Source: Ancylonema sp. (Eukaryota). Taken from it: a stretch of 20,000 bases of DNA. The stretch is taken from assembly GCA_050230475.1 (NCBI GenBank), contig JBFLGF010000218.1, forward strand, positions 61,751-81,750, in the 5' to 3' direction. Under the pieces are notes generated by a model. That model made no database searches and was not told the origin of the DNA. It saw only the letters and a program-made list of their open reading frames with translations. Position numbers and translations under genes: made by a program. This document shows positions 1 to 10,160 of this stretch, one piece after another. Positions within the stretch are counted from its first letter, which is position 1. Each line of letters begins with the position of its first letter.

Positions 1-1860
1 CTTATAATGCCAACGCCAATTCCTTGACGACCGAAAAGTTGAGCACCATGAAAGCTGTAAAGCTGTGTATAAAGACGTTAAAGTCGTTTTGCTTGACGAA
101 GTTTCATTGATCGGTCACAAATTATGGACAGCGATTGATAAACGACTCCAAGTTATGAAGAACAACAGCTTCTCTTTCGGAAACCTCCATGTCATAGCCA
201 TCGGTGACTTCTTTCAATTACCGTCGATAAATGGTGTTTGACAACAGTGGAGACCCCAACTTAGGTCAACTATACATGAATCCCTGGTCCGAATTTCGAA
301 TGTTCGAACTCACGGAAATCATGAGACAAAAAGATGACCAAGACTTCGCCCAATTGTTAAACAGACTCCGAGAAGCAAGACACACCAACATGGACATATC
401 TCAACTCAAGACACGAAAGCTTCCGCAAAACGTCCAACACAAACAAACCGTGCGCAATAACGAGAGCAATAATATCTTCGATTCACATCTCTTCTACCTA
501 AACGAGTCGGTTGAGAATCATAACGACAAAGTGTTCAATAAGATAGAAGAAATTGAAGGTCACGCTTTGCGAGCAAACGATAAATTTTTGGCGGCTCTAG
601 ACCCCGAATTAAAACAAGCATATATCGAAAAATTGGATGGAATGAAAACGAGTGACACGGGAGATTTATTCACGACACTCGATTTAAAAAAAGGAATAAG
701 AGTGGAAATTTCAACGAACTTGGACACAAGTGATGGATTATTCAACGGATCCCCGGGAGAAGTGCATAGTCTGTATAAAAATAGAAAAGGTCGAGACATT
801 AAATATCAAGTTCGAGATCCCAGAGATCGGAAAGAAATGGATGCGAGAAAAATATCCAAAAATGGATAAAGAAGACTCATCAATTGTTTCCATTCCTAGA
901 ACACAAACGAAGTTTAACTTGAGGAAAAAAGACAATATGAGCTGTGTGACACGAGAACAATTTCCATTGCGACCCAACACGGCCATTACAATTCATCGAT
1001 CGCAAGGAAGAACAATCCCTAAAGGAGTAATAGACCTATCCAAAGCAACGCTTCCCGGAATGCATTACGTTGCTCTAAGCAGATTCCCAAACCTATCTAA
1101 AATCTCCATTATTGAACTCAACGAGAAGAAAATCAAAGTGCACCCAGGAGTTGTAAGTGAAATGGAAAGACTTCGAACCACGAGACAACTCGCGCTCATC
1201 TCCCAACCTATAAATGACATTCCCAAACCAAAACTCCGCATCATGTTCCAAAACGTGAGATCTATGAATAAAAATTTCGAAGAAGTGAAAAACAATAAAG
1301 AATTTCAAAGTGCCGATGTCTTATTATTTTGTGAAACATGGACAACCGATTTTAATACAAACGAAGAAAGCTTCCAAATTGAAAACTTCAAAAAACCATT
1401 CATAAAACATGGTTGGAATGCTCATAGGGGAATGATGGCTTATATGAAAACCAATAAATCCATACATCATGACACCCGACTTCGAACTCTGTCATATATT
1501 ATTTGAATCACAAGAACTACCTTACTCTATAATCTCATTCTATCAAACAACCAAAAACAAAAATATAACAGCCTTCATAAAAACTATAAAAACAATAATG
1601 AACGATGAACGATCCAAGGCAAAAAACAAATACTTTCATCATAATCGGAGACGAAAACATCGACGTCACCTATTGACGCATCAGACCAAGATGACCAAGA
1701 ATACCTCGAAGGCTTACGCAATCTAAAATTAAAACAAATCATATCTTCTCCCACAATAATATGTAATTCCATTCTATATCATATATGTATATCAGAAAAA
1801 AATACTACTCATTTCGGACATGTTCGCAACACGTACTATAGTGACCATATGCCAATATAA
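1..1860 (+). pseudogene. Degraded 3' part of a Helentron/Helitron2-type RepHel gene: PIF1-family helicase followed by an AP-like (EEP-fold) endonuclease
   Basis: PIF1 motifs appear in order across frameshifts: VLLDEVSLIG (~85-115), FGNLHVIAIGDFFQLP (~175-222), ELTEIMRQKDDQDFAQLLNRLR, NLDTSDGLFNG, REQFPLRPNTAITIHRSQGRT, GMHYVALSR. EEP endonuclease motifs follow: IMFQNVRS, DVLLFCETW, FIIIGDENID (~1634-1663, GDxN) and YYSDHMPI-stop (1834-1860). Several frameshifts are present (~59, ~230, ~775, ~1490 and later). The 5' part lies outside the window. Confidence 0.85.
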
Positions 1861-2639
1861 CTAGACATAAATAAGAACTTTTTTTTTTTTTTTTTTTTTT
1901 TTTCGCAACCCCAAAAAACCCTAGTATAAGGGGGGGGTCGAAAACATTAAAAAAAATTAACGCATAATGCGTGTACTTTGGATGTACATGTGTAAACCAT
2001 AAATGCACCTAAAACAAAAATATTAAAAAGTATTTAATACAAAACAAAACAAAACACTTCCAAAAAAAAAAAAAAAAAAAAACTATCGGTGTACCGCAAG
2101 AGTTATGGCTTTTAGTTGAATTGGCAATAGCCAGACCCCTTGAAGTACAAGGCACATCCTACAAGGATGGAGGGTAGAATATAAAATAGGAATGCCGGGT
2201 TGTAGTAGGGGGCCTAACACTCATGGAATCGTTGAAAATGTATGATTTTTTTATTTTTTTTTCCAAGTGGAGTAAGTGGTGCCCCCCCACTTACTACCAC
2301 ATCTTGACAACAAAAGAACGAGAGAATCTCACGCATAAAAAAAAAAAAAAAAACAAAACGAAAATCAGCCAATCACAGAGCGACACGTCATCGAAGACGC
2401 GTCAACAATTTAAAAAATATCCTAGGACTGTACAATCCCGAAAAAGCAGGCCAATCGGATCAAAGGAAACCGCTGACCTGGATAAAAAATACGACCGTAC
2501 AAATTAAACAACGTACGGAAACATCCGGAGCTGGCCGTACACATAACGACTGAATAACTTCGTTCTTTCTAAAAGAAAGAACTAAGTAAATTAATAAGAA
2601 AAACACCTGGCGCAACTATTTTTTGGATCATTTTTATTA

Positions 2640-3272
2640 GAGCATAGCTTATGGGACTGAGGATTCGCCGAGTTTGGTTGGGGAGAGATGTACAAATATT
2701 GTACGGCTTTTTCGAAATGCCCAACCTGAAACAAGTGAATTTGTACGGTATGCCTCCTCGTTCTGTTTATGGGAGCTCCGCCGATCTCGAATTCAGTGCC
2801 GCAGTGGCACAAGACGACGCATCGTATCTCGAACAATCATTACCGTGCAATCCATCGGGCGGTTGGGATTAACTTTTGGGACCGGAGTACCGCATCCAAC
2901 GCGTCAGAATTCAGGTCCCTGGATTTTGTAGGTATTTTACGGGAATAACCGTCTCCTATTGGTTGCGGGAGCTACGCTCTCATTTTACGACTAGAATTAG
3001 ACGTACGGACAACGTCTTTTTCCGGCTGGTCGACTGTGCTGTGATTGGCTCACAAATCCTCACACAAAATCCCAAGAGTGATTTTTCTGAGGATTCAGGC
3101 CCCAAATCCTCAGGAAAATCACTATGACGATTTACAAAATGGATTTTCAAATCACTTTGGTTCCGATAAGCAGCGATTTGACGATTTATTTTCATGTTGG
3201 TTGGGGAGTCGATTAATTTAAGGAGTCTCCCCAACCAAAGTCGACGAATCCTCAGTCCCATAAGCTATGCTC
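2640..3272. mobile_element. Tourist-like (PIF/Harbinger) MITE, 633 bp, TTA target-site duplication
   Basis: ~47-bp terminal inverted repeats (TIRs): gagcatagcttatgggactgaggattcgccgagtttggttggggaga from 2640, and its reverse complement with 2 mismatches ending at 3272. Flanked by TTA at 2637-2639 and 3273-3275. A GAGCA terminus with a 3-bp TTA TSD is characteristic of PIF/Harbinger. Confidence 0.9.
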
Positions 3273-3767
3273 TTAAGGGTAGCGTTATTCGCACTCCACC
3301 AAAAACACTTTTCGTACTCCAGGCGCAAGATTTACAGGTTTCGCCACTGCCGTACGACAAATATTCGTTGTACGCAAACAATTAACCCGGTGCACGCTAT
3401 GACGAGTACTACGTACCCACTTGCAGCGATTTCCGTTGTAACTTTTCAGCACGTGTGTGTGCCACATCAGCGAAACGATGAGAAATGTCTGGTAGCCTCC
3501 TCTCCCACGCGTTTTCGGCCTCTAACTGCACCCCGTCTCTGTCTGCGAAACTTTCTCTGCGGGCTGTCGTCATCCGCAATATACGATTTATCCGCTCGTC
3601 GCCGATTCAAATCCAAACTGAGAGCGGAGATGTCCTCTGCAATTCAGGCGTGAGTAGCTTCATCGTGTACGTTACGGCACAAACTTTAACAATCAGAATA
3701 TTAAGAAAGTGAAGAAATTGTATTTCAAGCGAAAACGCATGCGAAGAATACTGATTATACTTTCAAG

Positions 3768-6339
3768 TAGGGATGGGGCCCAACTCGCAACCCCACCCAA
3801 CCCCGCAACTCCGTTTGGGTTGCGCAACTCCCGCCCCCGAGCAGTCCAAACCCAACCAACCCAACCACCAACACGGAGTTTTGCGTGGAGTTGCGGGGTT
3901 GCGCCGGGGTTGCGTGTTGCTTTTTGGGGTTGCGTGTTGCATTTTGGGGTTGCATGGGATTGCGTGGGGTTGCGTGGGGTTGCGAAAAACAATAAAAGAG
4001 GGAAAATATCGATCCCATTATAGGATCGATATGTCGATTTACGGTTAAGATTTTTCGTCATGGATTTCCCTCATCTTGGAAGTGACGAAGCTTCTTCAAA
4101 GTCCCACAGTTAGCACTCAAATGTGCTGACCAGTGAACGATTTGTAGTGTGAGGAGGCAGCCATGGCCGATGAAAGTAGCGGACATAGAGCTCCAGACAG
4201 CTCCGATTCAGGCTCTCGTAATTCACGTAAATCTAGTTCCCCAACGGTATTTCGTGTGGGAGAAAAGATTTGCAGCCTGTATGTACACGCTTTGGTCAAG
4301 TGGGGGGTAGACTTCGTACAACGTCCTAGTGGCGATGGCAAAGAAAAAAAAACATCAAACAAAGCCTGGCCTTTGCACAAAGCCTGGGGTTAGAGTGAAG
4401 AGTATGATGAAGATGAGGATGTACCGACGGGCTCAACGAAAGTCACTCTTGAGTCCTTTTTTGGCGACTTGAAGGTGCCGTCCATTAGCATTGTTGACCT
4501 CCTTGCCTACAATCTGGGGTAATTGATAGTAGAACCTTGTTATACATGTGCCACCATGGACTGGTAGAAAAATTATGATTCCGGACTAGTCATCGTTTGC
4601 GCTTCGAGTTATGACAATTTTGGTATGTATTACAATAAGTTTGTTAAATGTGTCGGTCCGAATCCAATACTCGTAATGTTCGTTGCTAAACATCCATCTG
4701 TAGCCTCTCACACCCACCAAAAAATATGACTCACAAAATGGCCCCAAGTATTTGCTAGGAATTGTTCGGATAGGCACCTACTTCACTTGATTGCCTAGTC
4801 CGGAATATCTGCCTAAGTCTTTTGTTGCACGGAGCCGGGTACACCACACCCGGGCATCCGTCCGCCATTGCACGTGTCCCCAATTGTACGGCGTGTCAAT
4901 CTCTAGTTGTCGTAAGATATGTCAGAACGACTTTAGGGTGGTGTCATCAATCCATTGGCTAGAACTGTCACCAATTGGTGACACTTTAGTCTGGCAAGTT
5001 GCCGTGGATCTTGAATGTGATTCTAGTTTGTGATTGGCCGACGGTCAGAGTTCCGACCGTCGGCTATAGAAAAGTATCCGAGCTAATTTGTCCGTTCTAC
5101 GATCGTCGGGATACTTTACTCCCGACGATGATACTTTTACAATAACTATTCCACAAGTAAATCTCTTGTCGTTATACTCCAAAGCGCTGCAATGGTGTCG
5201 CACTCCCATGAAATTATAACATTGTGAATTATTATGTTAATTTTACAATACAAGGTTATATGTAACGAACGACCGATTGCTATTTAATTCTTCAAAATAG
5301 TGAAGAAATCGGAATTGTTGTTGCGGAGCAAATAACACGGCTTGAAAAGGTCAAAAGGTTTAAATTAAGATGATGGAAAATTCTACAAACGTTCGTTGCA
5401 TTATGGATGAAGACACTTCCGTGAAATTTTGAAAACTAACTATTCAATCAAAGCTAAACATTGACTTTGTCGTAGCGCTAGGGATCGGTAGCTTATAGCG
5501 GATTCTCCCCCGTTGTAGCCGATCGGTTACTGGTAGATACGCCCCTACCATAACCAAGTAGCTTGCATTCGTTATAGCGGTCTACAAGTCACCCTTGTAA
5601 CGCGGGACCGTAAGACGGATGACCATCCGTTGACCGTGCCTTCTGATTGGCCCATCTAGATTTGCTCGTAAACGTTACGCAAATTAGTTTGGCGCTGAAT
5701 TTCGCACGTGTGTGGGTGCCTCACCCACTGCATTAGAATAGGGACAGGAAGAGCTTTGTACCCTTACTTTCTCGATAGCATCCCGGAATCTCCATCGCTT
5801 CCTCGCACGTGTCTTGCTAGCTACGCTTGATAGTGCTGCGCTGCGTTGCGGTAGAGGTTGGCAGGATACCCACTTGCCGAACAGATCGCCAGCTCACGGC
5901 GCATCTGGGCAACCAAGGGCTCCATTGCCTTGGATAGTGGGCCCAGATCTTACCCTAGCCGCACGTGTGTGACGTCATCGATCTCTATAGGTACGTCAAC
6001 TTCAAAGGCATAAAAAACCGACATGCAAAAGAAATACAAGTTATGTTTACCGTGAGATTATCGAACTACCTTCCAATAATTGTGTCTTTCTCATGTGCAT
6101 TGCATTACTAATAAGAACGCTCAACTCGAATCACATGTATCATAAATTTGTTTCCAAACTCGCATTGCATCATTTGGGGGTGAAAACCTTTTTTCTGGTG
6201 GTTTTTTGGGGTTGCGTGTTGCTTTTTGGGGTTGCGTGTTGCTACTTGAGGTTACGTGGGGTTGGGTGGGGTTGCGTGGGGTTGCGAAAAAAACAACAAC
6301 ACGCAACCCAAAGGGGTTTCGGGTTGTGCCCCATCTCTA
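3768..6339. mobile_element. Non-autonomous hAT element nested in the MULE
   Basis: TIRs are tagggatggggcccaactcg (3768-) and the reverse complement tagagatggggcacaacccg (-6339). Perfect 8-bp TSD CTTTCAAG at 3760-3767 and 6340-6347. Subterminal arrays of GGGGTTGCG(T)/CGCAACCCC at ~3785-3985 and ~6205-6310. Confidence 0.9.
5468..5998 (+). mobile_element. Solo LTR (531 bp) of an LTR retrotransposon, nested in the hAT element
   Basis: Starts TGTCGTAG and ends GTACGTCA (TG...CA, with imperfect short inverted ends). Flanked by ACTT at 5464-5467 and 5999-6002. Its first ~195 bp are homologous to the PPT-adjacent LTR at 6927-7117 on the minus strand. Confidence 0.75.
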
Positions 6340-6926
6340 CTTTCAAGTCATAGCAACCGATCCATCGTAAATTTTATGAGAATGGAGATGCATGCACGCG
6401 ATGCGATTCATTCGTGGCAGCGATTCAGCGAGTGGGTAGGGCAGAGGGGGCAACGGCGGGCGTGGACCCGCAGTAGCGGGATATGAACCACACGATATTT
6501 ATTATGTGTGTTATATCGGATACTCAGCGGGCAGTCGTGTAGTATCGGGAGAGACCGTGGGATCCGTGGATTTGTTCGCGTTACAGCGTCGCACTTTATC
6601 GAATGACAGTGGCAAAACTGTAAAACTTGCGCCTGGAGTGCGAAAGTGTTTTTGGTGGAGTGCGAGAATAACGCTACCCTTTTATTAATTAAAATTTTCC
6701 TGGCGCACACTCTTGGCGCGTACTAATTAATTCAAATTTGGCTAGCGCAACTGTTTGGAACCTACTACTAATAATTGATTTTCCGATTTGTTGGCGCATT
6801 ATCTCTGGCTGGTACGGTAGGTAAGTTCAAAACATCATAGCTTCCAAACATATTGCGATATTCAAAACATTTTTAATGTGTATTGTATACGGGAATACGA
6901 AGTAAATATTAGCATCAAACGAGCAA

Positions 6927-7133
6927 TCGAGCAAATCTGCATCAAACGAACAGAAGGCACGGTCACCGAAGTGTAATCCGTCTTACGGTCTCGCGTTACA
7001 AGGGTGTCATGTAACCCTACATAACAAATGTAATTCTACCCCGGTCAAGGCGTCGAGCCACTAACCTATCATCTACGATGGGGGCCGCTATATAGACCGA
7101 TCCCAAGCGCTACGACACTTACCCCCTCACTCC
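6927..7133 (-). mobile_element. Truncated 3' LTR plus polypurine tract, same family as the solo LTR at 5468
   Basis: The minus strand reads GGAGTGAGGGGGTAAG (PPT, 7133-7118) immediately followed by TGTCGTAGCGCTTGGGATCGGT... from 7117. Blocks shared with 5468-5665 include cacccttgtaacgcg, gaccgtaagacggat, gaccgtgccttctg and agatttgctcg. Confidence 0.75.
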
Positions 7134-7408
7134 ACATTACAATGGTATATTGTTCAAATTCGATATGAAAATTTACAACAGCACACCGATCACGATCGAT
7201 TCGGCCGCTACCGGACCACGATTGTACTTCGGACGACGAAGATCCAATTAGTGTGAGATTGGTAGGTAATGTAGAAAACCAATTTTTAGGATGATGTCCC
7301 ACTTTTTTTACAAAAAAAACGAAATTTAATGAAAAATCACACCGAAAACCCCATCTACTTAATCTGATTTCACCCACTCTTTTCGAAATCAGTATTGGAT
7401 CATTACGT

Positions 7409-7849
7409 ATGATATGTTTGGTATTTCGGATTTGGTGGGGGTGCATTTTGGTGGATATAGTTATTGCGGACCCCACGTGGTTTGACTTGATGGTAGCTGC
7501 TGCAACGGATTCGGAGCGGCGCAAGGTGGCGCAATATCACGATTGCGGTGCATTGAGGAAGTTTGATCCAATACCGTTGAAGGCGTACGATACGCTTTTG
7601 GAGGCGATCCACTAGTTAGTGATCGCCACCCACTGTGCAATGGATTTTGATAGACGCGCGTAGAATAATCATAGTTTACTAGATACCTCGTTTAGAAAGC
7701 GAGTCACTGTTACGATGAAACGTTATCAATCTAATGTGAAACGTGCCGAAACGTTACGATTAGTGCAGGGCATGGCTTTGTTACCTTCCCCCCCACTAGG
7801 AATGTCGCTCTCGTCGGTGAAGTTACGGATTGCCGTTGGGGTGTCTTAG
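7409..7849 (+). pseudogene. Relic C-terminal restriction-like endonuclease (RLE) domain of a CRE-like non-LTR retrotransposon
   Basis: One reading frame with two in-frame stops (7613, 7661) gives LVDIVIADPT..DL..AAATDSERRKVAQYHD...FDPIPLKAYDTL...FRKRVTVTMKRYQS. This matches from memory the D-x-x-IADP...A..K...Y...F.P...E.YG.L...FRQRVS..LQR pattern of CRE-type RLE domains. Confidence 0.6.
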
Positions 7850-8222
7850 GGTGGGCTATGATTTATCGTGACGTGGTTCTAGGGAATAATGTTTGCGTCC
7901 TTTATGTATTCAGATGGGGCTCCCGTTACTTTAATGCGAATAATTCTTTTTTGAACTGCTTTATAAGCTTTATATGCATTTAATCGCATAGATGTACACG
8001 CCCGTCAAAATATCCGCCGGACGGCGCCCGCGGGCGGACTCGCCCGCGTACGGAACGCGTGCGGGGATGTCCACGTGGCATGCGGGTCTATAGAGTTTTT
8101 GAAGGGTTCTGGAGTTTTCAGTTTTTATAACTCCACATTAATCGGAAAAAAAAAAGATGCTTATATCAAATACATAGTCCCATCTATGTGAAACCTTATA
8201 AAAAATAAAAAATAAAAAAAAA

Positions 8223-9034
8223 CAGTCAAACTTGTCTAAAAGAATAACCTCTCTAAAAGAATATAAAATGTCCCCCCCGACGTTGGGGGAGTGTAATTAT
8301 TCCATAACCTGGATAACTGTCTAAAATAATAATATTTTACCCCCCCGGCGCGATACGTATAAAATAAGAATGTACGGAATCCGCACAATTTGCTACGGGT
8401 TCTGATACGTCCGTACATAATAAGTATCTCCAAACTTGTGGGAAGTGAACATGAGACGTCCGACTGGAAAAAAATGTTGCTGGAAAATATGTATTGGATG
8501 GTGCGAGTGCCTTCCACGTGCATACATTATCTCCCAAGTTGTGGGAATTTCATGTGGGATTCGCTACACGAAAATTGAAGGGCGCTGCGACCGATATGGC
8601 GGGTAGTATACCGTACTCGGCACCGTAACTGATTTTTTAATTATTATTGAAACCCGAAATCAATCATTTACATTAATACCTATGAGGTCGGAATCATAAA
8701 CCAAAAATCATTGATATTAATACCACTTTTGGATTTGTTTTGAATTTTGTATGTAGGTTTCCAGAAATCATCAATAATAACTACCGAATTCCCGGAATCT
8801 TTCTTACAAATCATTAACAAATTAATTCGTTTTGGAAAATCAGAAATCATTTACGGTGCCCAGTACGGTAAGTTGGAAAACACGTTTGAAAGGATTCTAC
8901 ACTAGATATTGGCTTGTTTCCCGTCGTAGGTACACGGGACCGGGGTTTAGGACCAGAAATGTCTAAATGAATAACTTGTCTAAAAGAATGTACTTCCTCC
9001 TCCCCAACAGTATTCTTTAAGACAAATTTTAGTG
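8223..9034. mobile_element. Tc1/mariner (pogo-like) non-autonomous element
   Basis: 24-bp TIRs cagtcaaacttgtctaaaagaata versus reverse complement cactaaaatttgtcttaaagaata (20/24). TA follows the right end (9035-9036), but the left flank is AA inside an A-run. Internal copies of the TIR core occur at ~8315 and 8974-8990. Confidence 0.6.
8611..8868. mobile_element. Tc1/mariner-type (CCGTA-ended) MITE, 258 bp, TA TSD
   Basis: 25-bp TIRs ccgtactcggcaccgtaactgattt versus reverse complement ccgtactgggcaccgtaaatgattt (2 mismatches). TA at 8609-8610 and 8869-8870. AT-rich interior. Confidence 0.88.
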
Positions 9035-9157
9035 TACCATAAAATGTTTAGAAGCTATGTCTTTTTGAACTTGCTTTCTTGAAATCCCGAAATTCAGTGC
9101 GCCGGGTAACATGAGGCCGGGCAAAGGCGGTCGGGTATCCCCGCCCGCGGGCGGGTA

Positions 9158-10160
9158 CCGCACTGGCCATCTTTAATACCCCACCCCTTTTCCCAAACAA
9201 TATGGTTATTTACGCCCCACCCCCTTACCCCAGCCCATTTTGTAGGTATTAATTACATTATCCCAGCAACTTAATACCCCAACCCGGTAACGGGTTTTTA
9301 ATTTATTTCTGGACCCTAAGTGGGCTCAATAATAGCCCTTATATCCAGTGAAGTATGTAGTAGGCATAGATGGGTCTTCGAAGTGTGCGTCCCGCACGTG
9401 TTCCGCGCGCGTGCGCTCGCGCACGCGGCGTGCGCTTGCGCACACGTGCCGCACGCGTGCGCTAATCTCGCGCACGGTGCTGACCCATAGGCGTTATAAT
9501 TATATTATTATTACCCGGGGGCGGGGGGGGTACTTCCTACACCCCAGGGGTGCCGGGATGTTTCCAAATTCATGAAAAACGTGGCAGTATTCAATTTAGG
9601 GCCTAAGACGTTATATCGAACTACTTACAGTGCAAAATGGTCAGTACTCACTACTTAGTCAAATATCAGTCGATTACAGAAATAGTCCCGGTGCGGCATG
9701 CGTGCGCAAATCCTGCGCACTGTGCTGACCCATCTATGGTAATAGGTGACAGCCGCGCTTCGAAAATTGAACTGCGTCTAGAATCATGACCCCGCAATCG
9801 ATTTGAGGGGCTCTTGAGGTAGGTCCACGAATCGTGGGCTCTTCGGCTCATGGGCACACGGTATTTTTTTTTGAGATTGTTTCTCGCATTTGTGTGGAAT
9901 GACCATATGCATATATGCACGAAAAGACATGAATTTCCGGTACATGAATTTTGCCAGGAACGGCAAAAACCCCTGTCATTTAGAGTTTGCCGCTGCTATT
10001 ACCCCGGCGGGCAGAATGTTAGGATAATACCCCACAAGTCCCTATAATCGAATTACCGGACCTACTTAATACCCCAAAATCTCAAATCTCGAATTATTTT
10101 CCTTGCCCCACCCCAGCCAAAATTAATTAATTAGTGGGGTATTGAAGTTGGCCAGTACGG
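9158..10160. mobile_element. Tc1/mariner-type (CCGTA-ended) non-autonomous element, TA TSD
   Basis: 27-bp TIRs ccgcactggccatctttaataccccac versus reverse complement ccgtactggccaacttcaataccccac (3 mismatches). TA at 9156-9157 and 10161-10162. Internal ttaatacccc repeats at ~9271 and ~10066. Confidence 0.85.
9365..9738. mobile_element. hAT-type MITE, 374 bp
   Basis: Perfect 12-bp TIR CATAGATGGGTC / GACCCATCTATG. 8-bp TSD GTAGTAGG (9357-9364) / GTAATAGG (9739-9746), 7/8 match. Dense GCACG/CGTGC subterminal motifs. Confidence 0.85.

Larger units (their letters stand above)
3277..6679. mobile_element. Non-autonomous Mutator-like element (MULE), ~820 bp core once the nested hAT is removed
   Basis: ~100-bp TIRs: gggtagcgttattcgcactccaccaaaaacactttt... 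from 3277, and the reverse complement ending ...gaataacgctaccc at 6679. The 9-bp TSD TTTTATTAA is intact at 6680-6688. On the left it is restored (2632-2639 + 3276) when the Tourist MITE and one TTA are removed. Confidence 0.85.

Noticed and set aside
3693..4061. Overlapping ORFs with ATP/QP-type peptide repeats (also 6093-6353)
   Set aside because: These are translation artefacts of the GGGGTTGCGT subterminal repeats of the hAT element. It is not a CRISPR array either, since there are no unique spacers.
4163..4520. Short ORF and acidic stretch inside the hAT as a possible transposase remnant or captured gene
   Set aside because: No BED finger, DDE or hAT dimerisation motif is recognisable.
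6790..6819. ...ggtacgg|ta resembling the right end of a CCGTA-type Tc1/pogo element
   Set aside because: No matching TA-flanked left TIR was found upstream.
7987..8188. catagatg...catctatg as a 202-bp hAT MITE
   Set aside because: The inverted match is only 8 bp and the flanks do not form a TSD; the end at 10170 fits better (15/18 TIR, 7/8 TSD).
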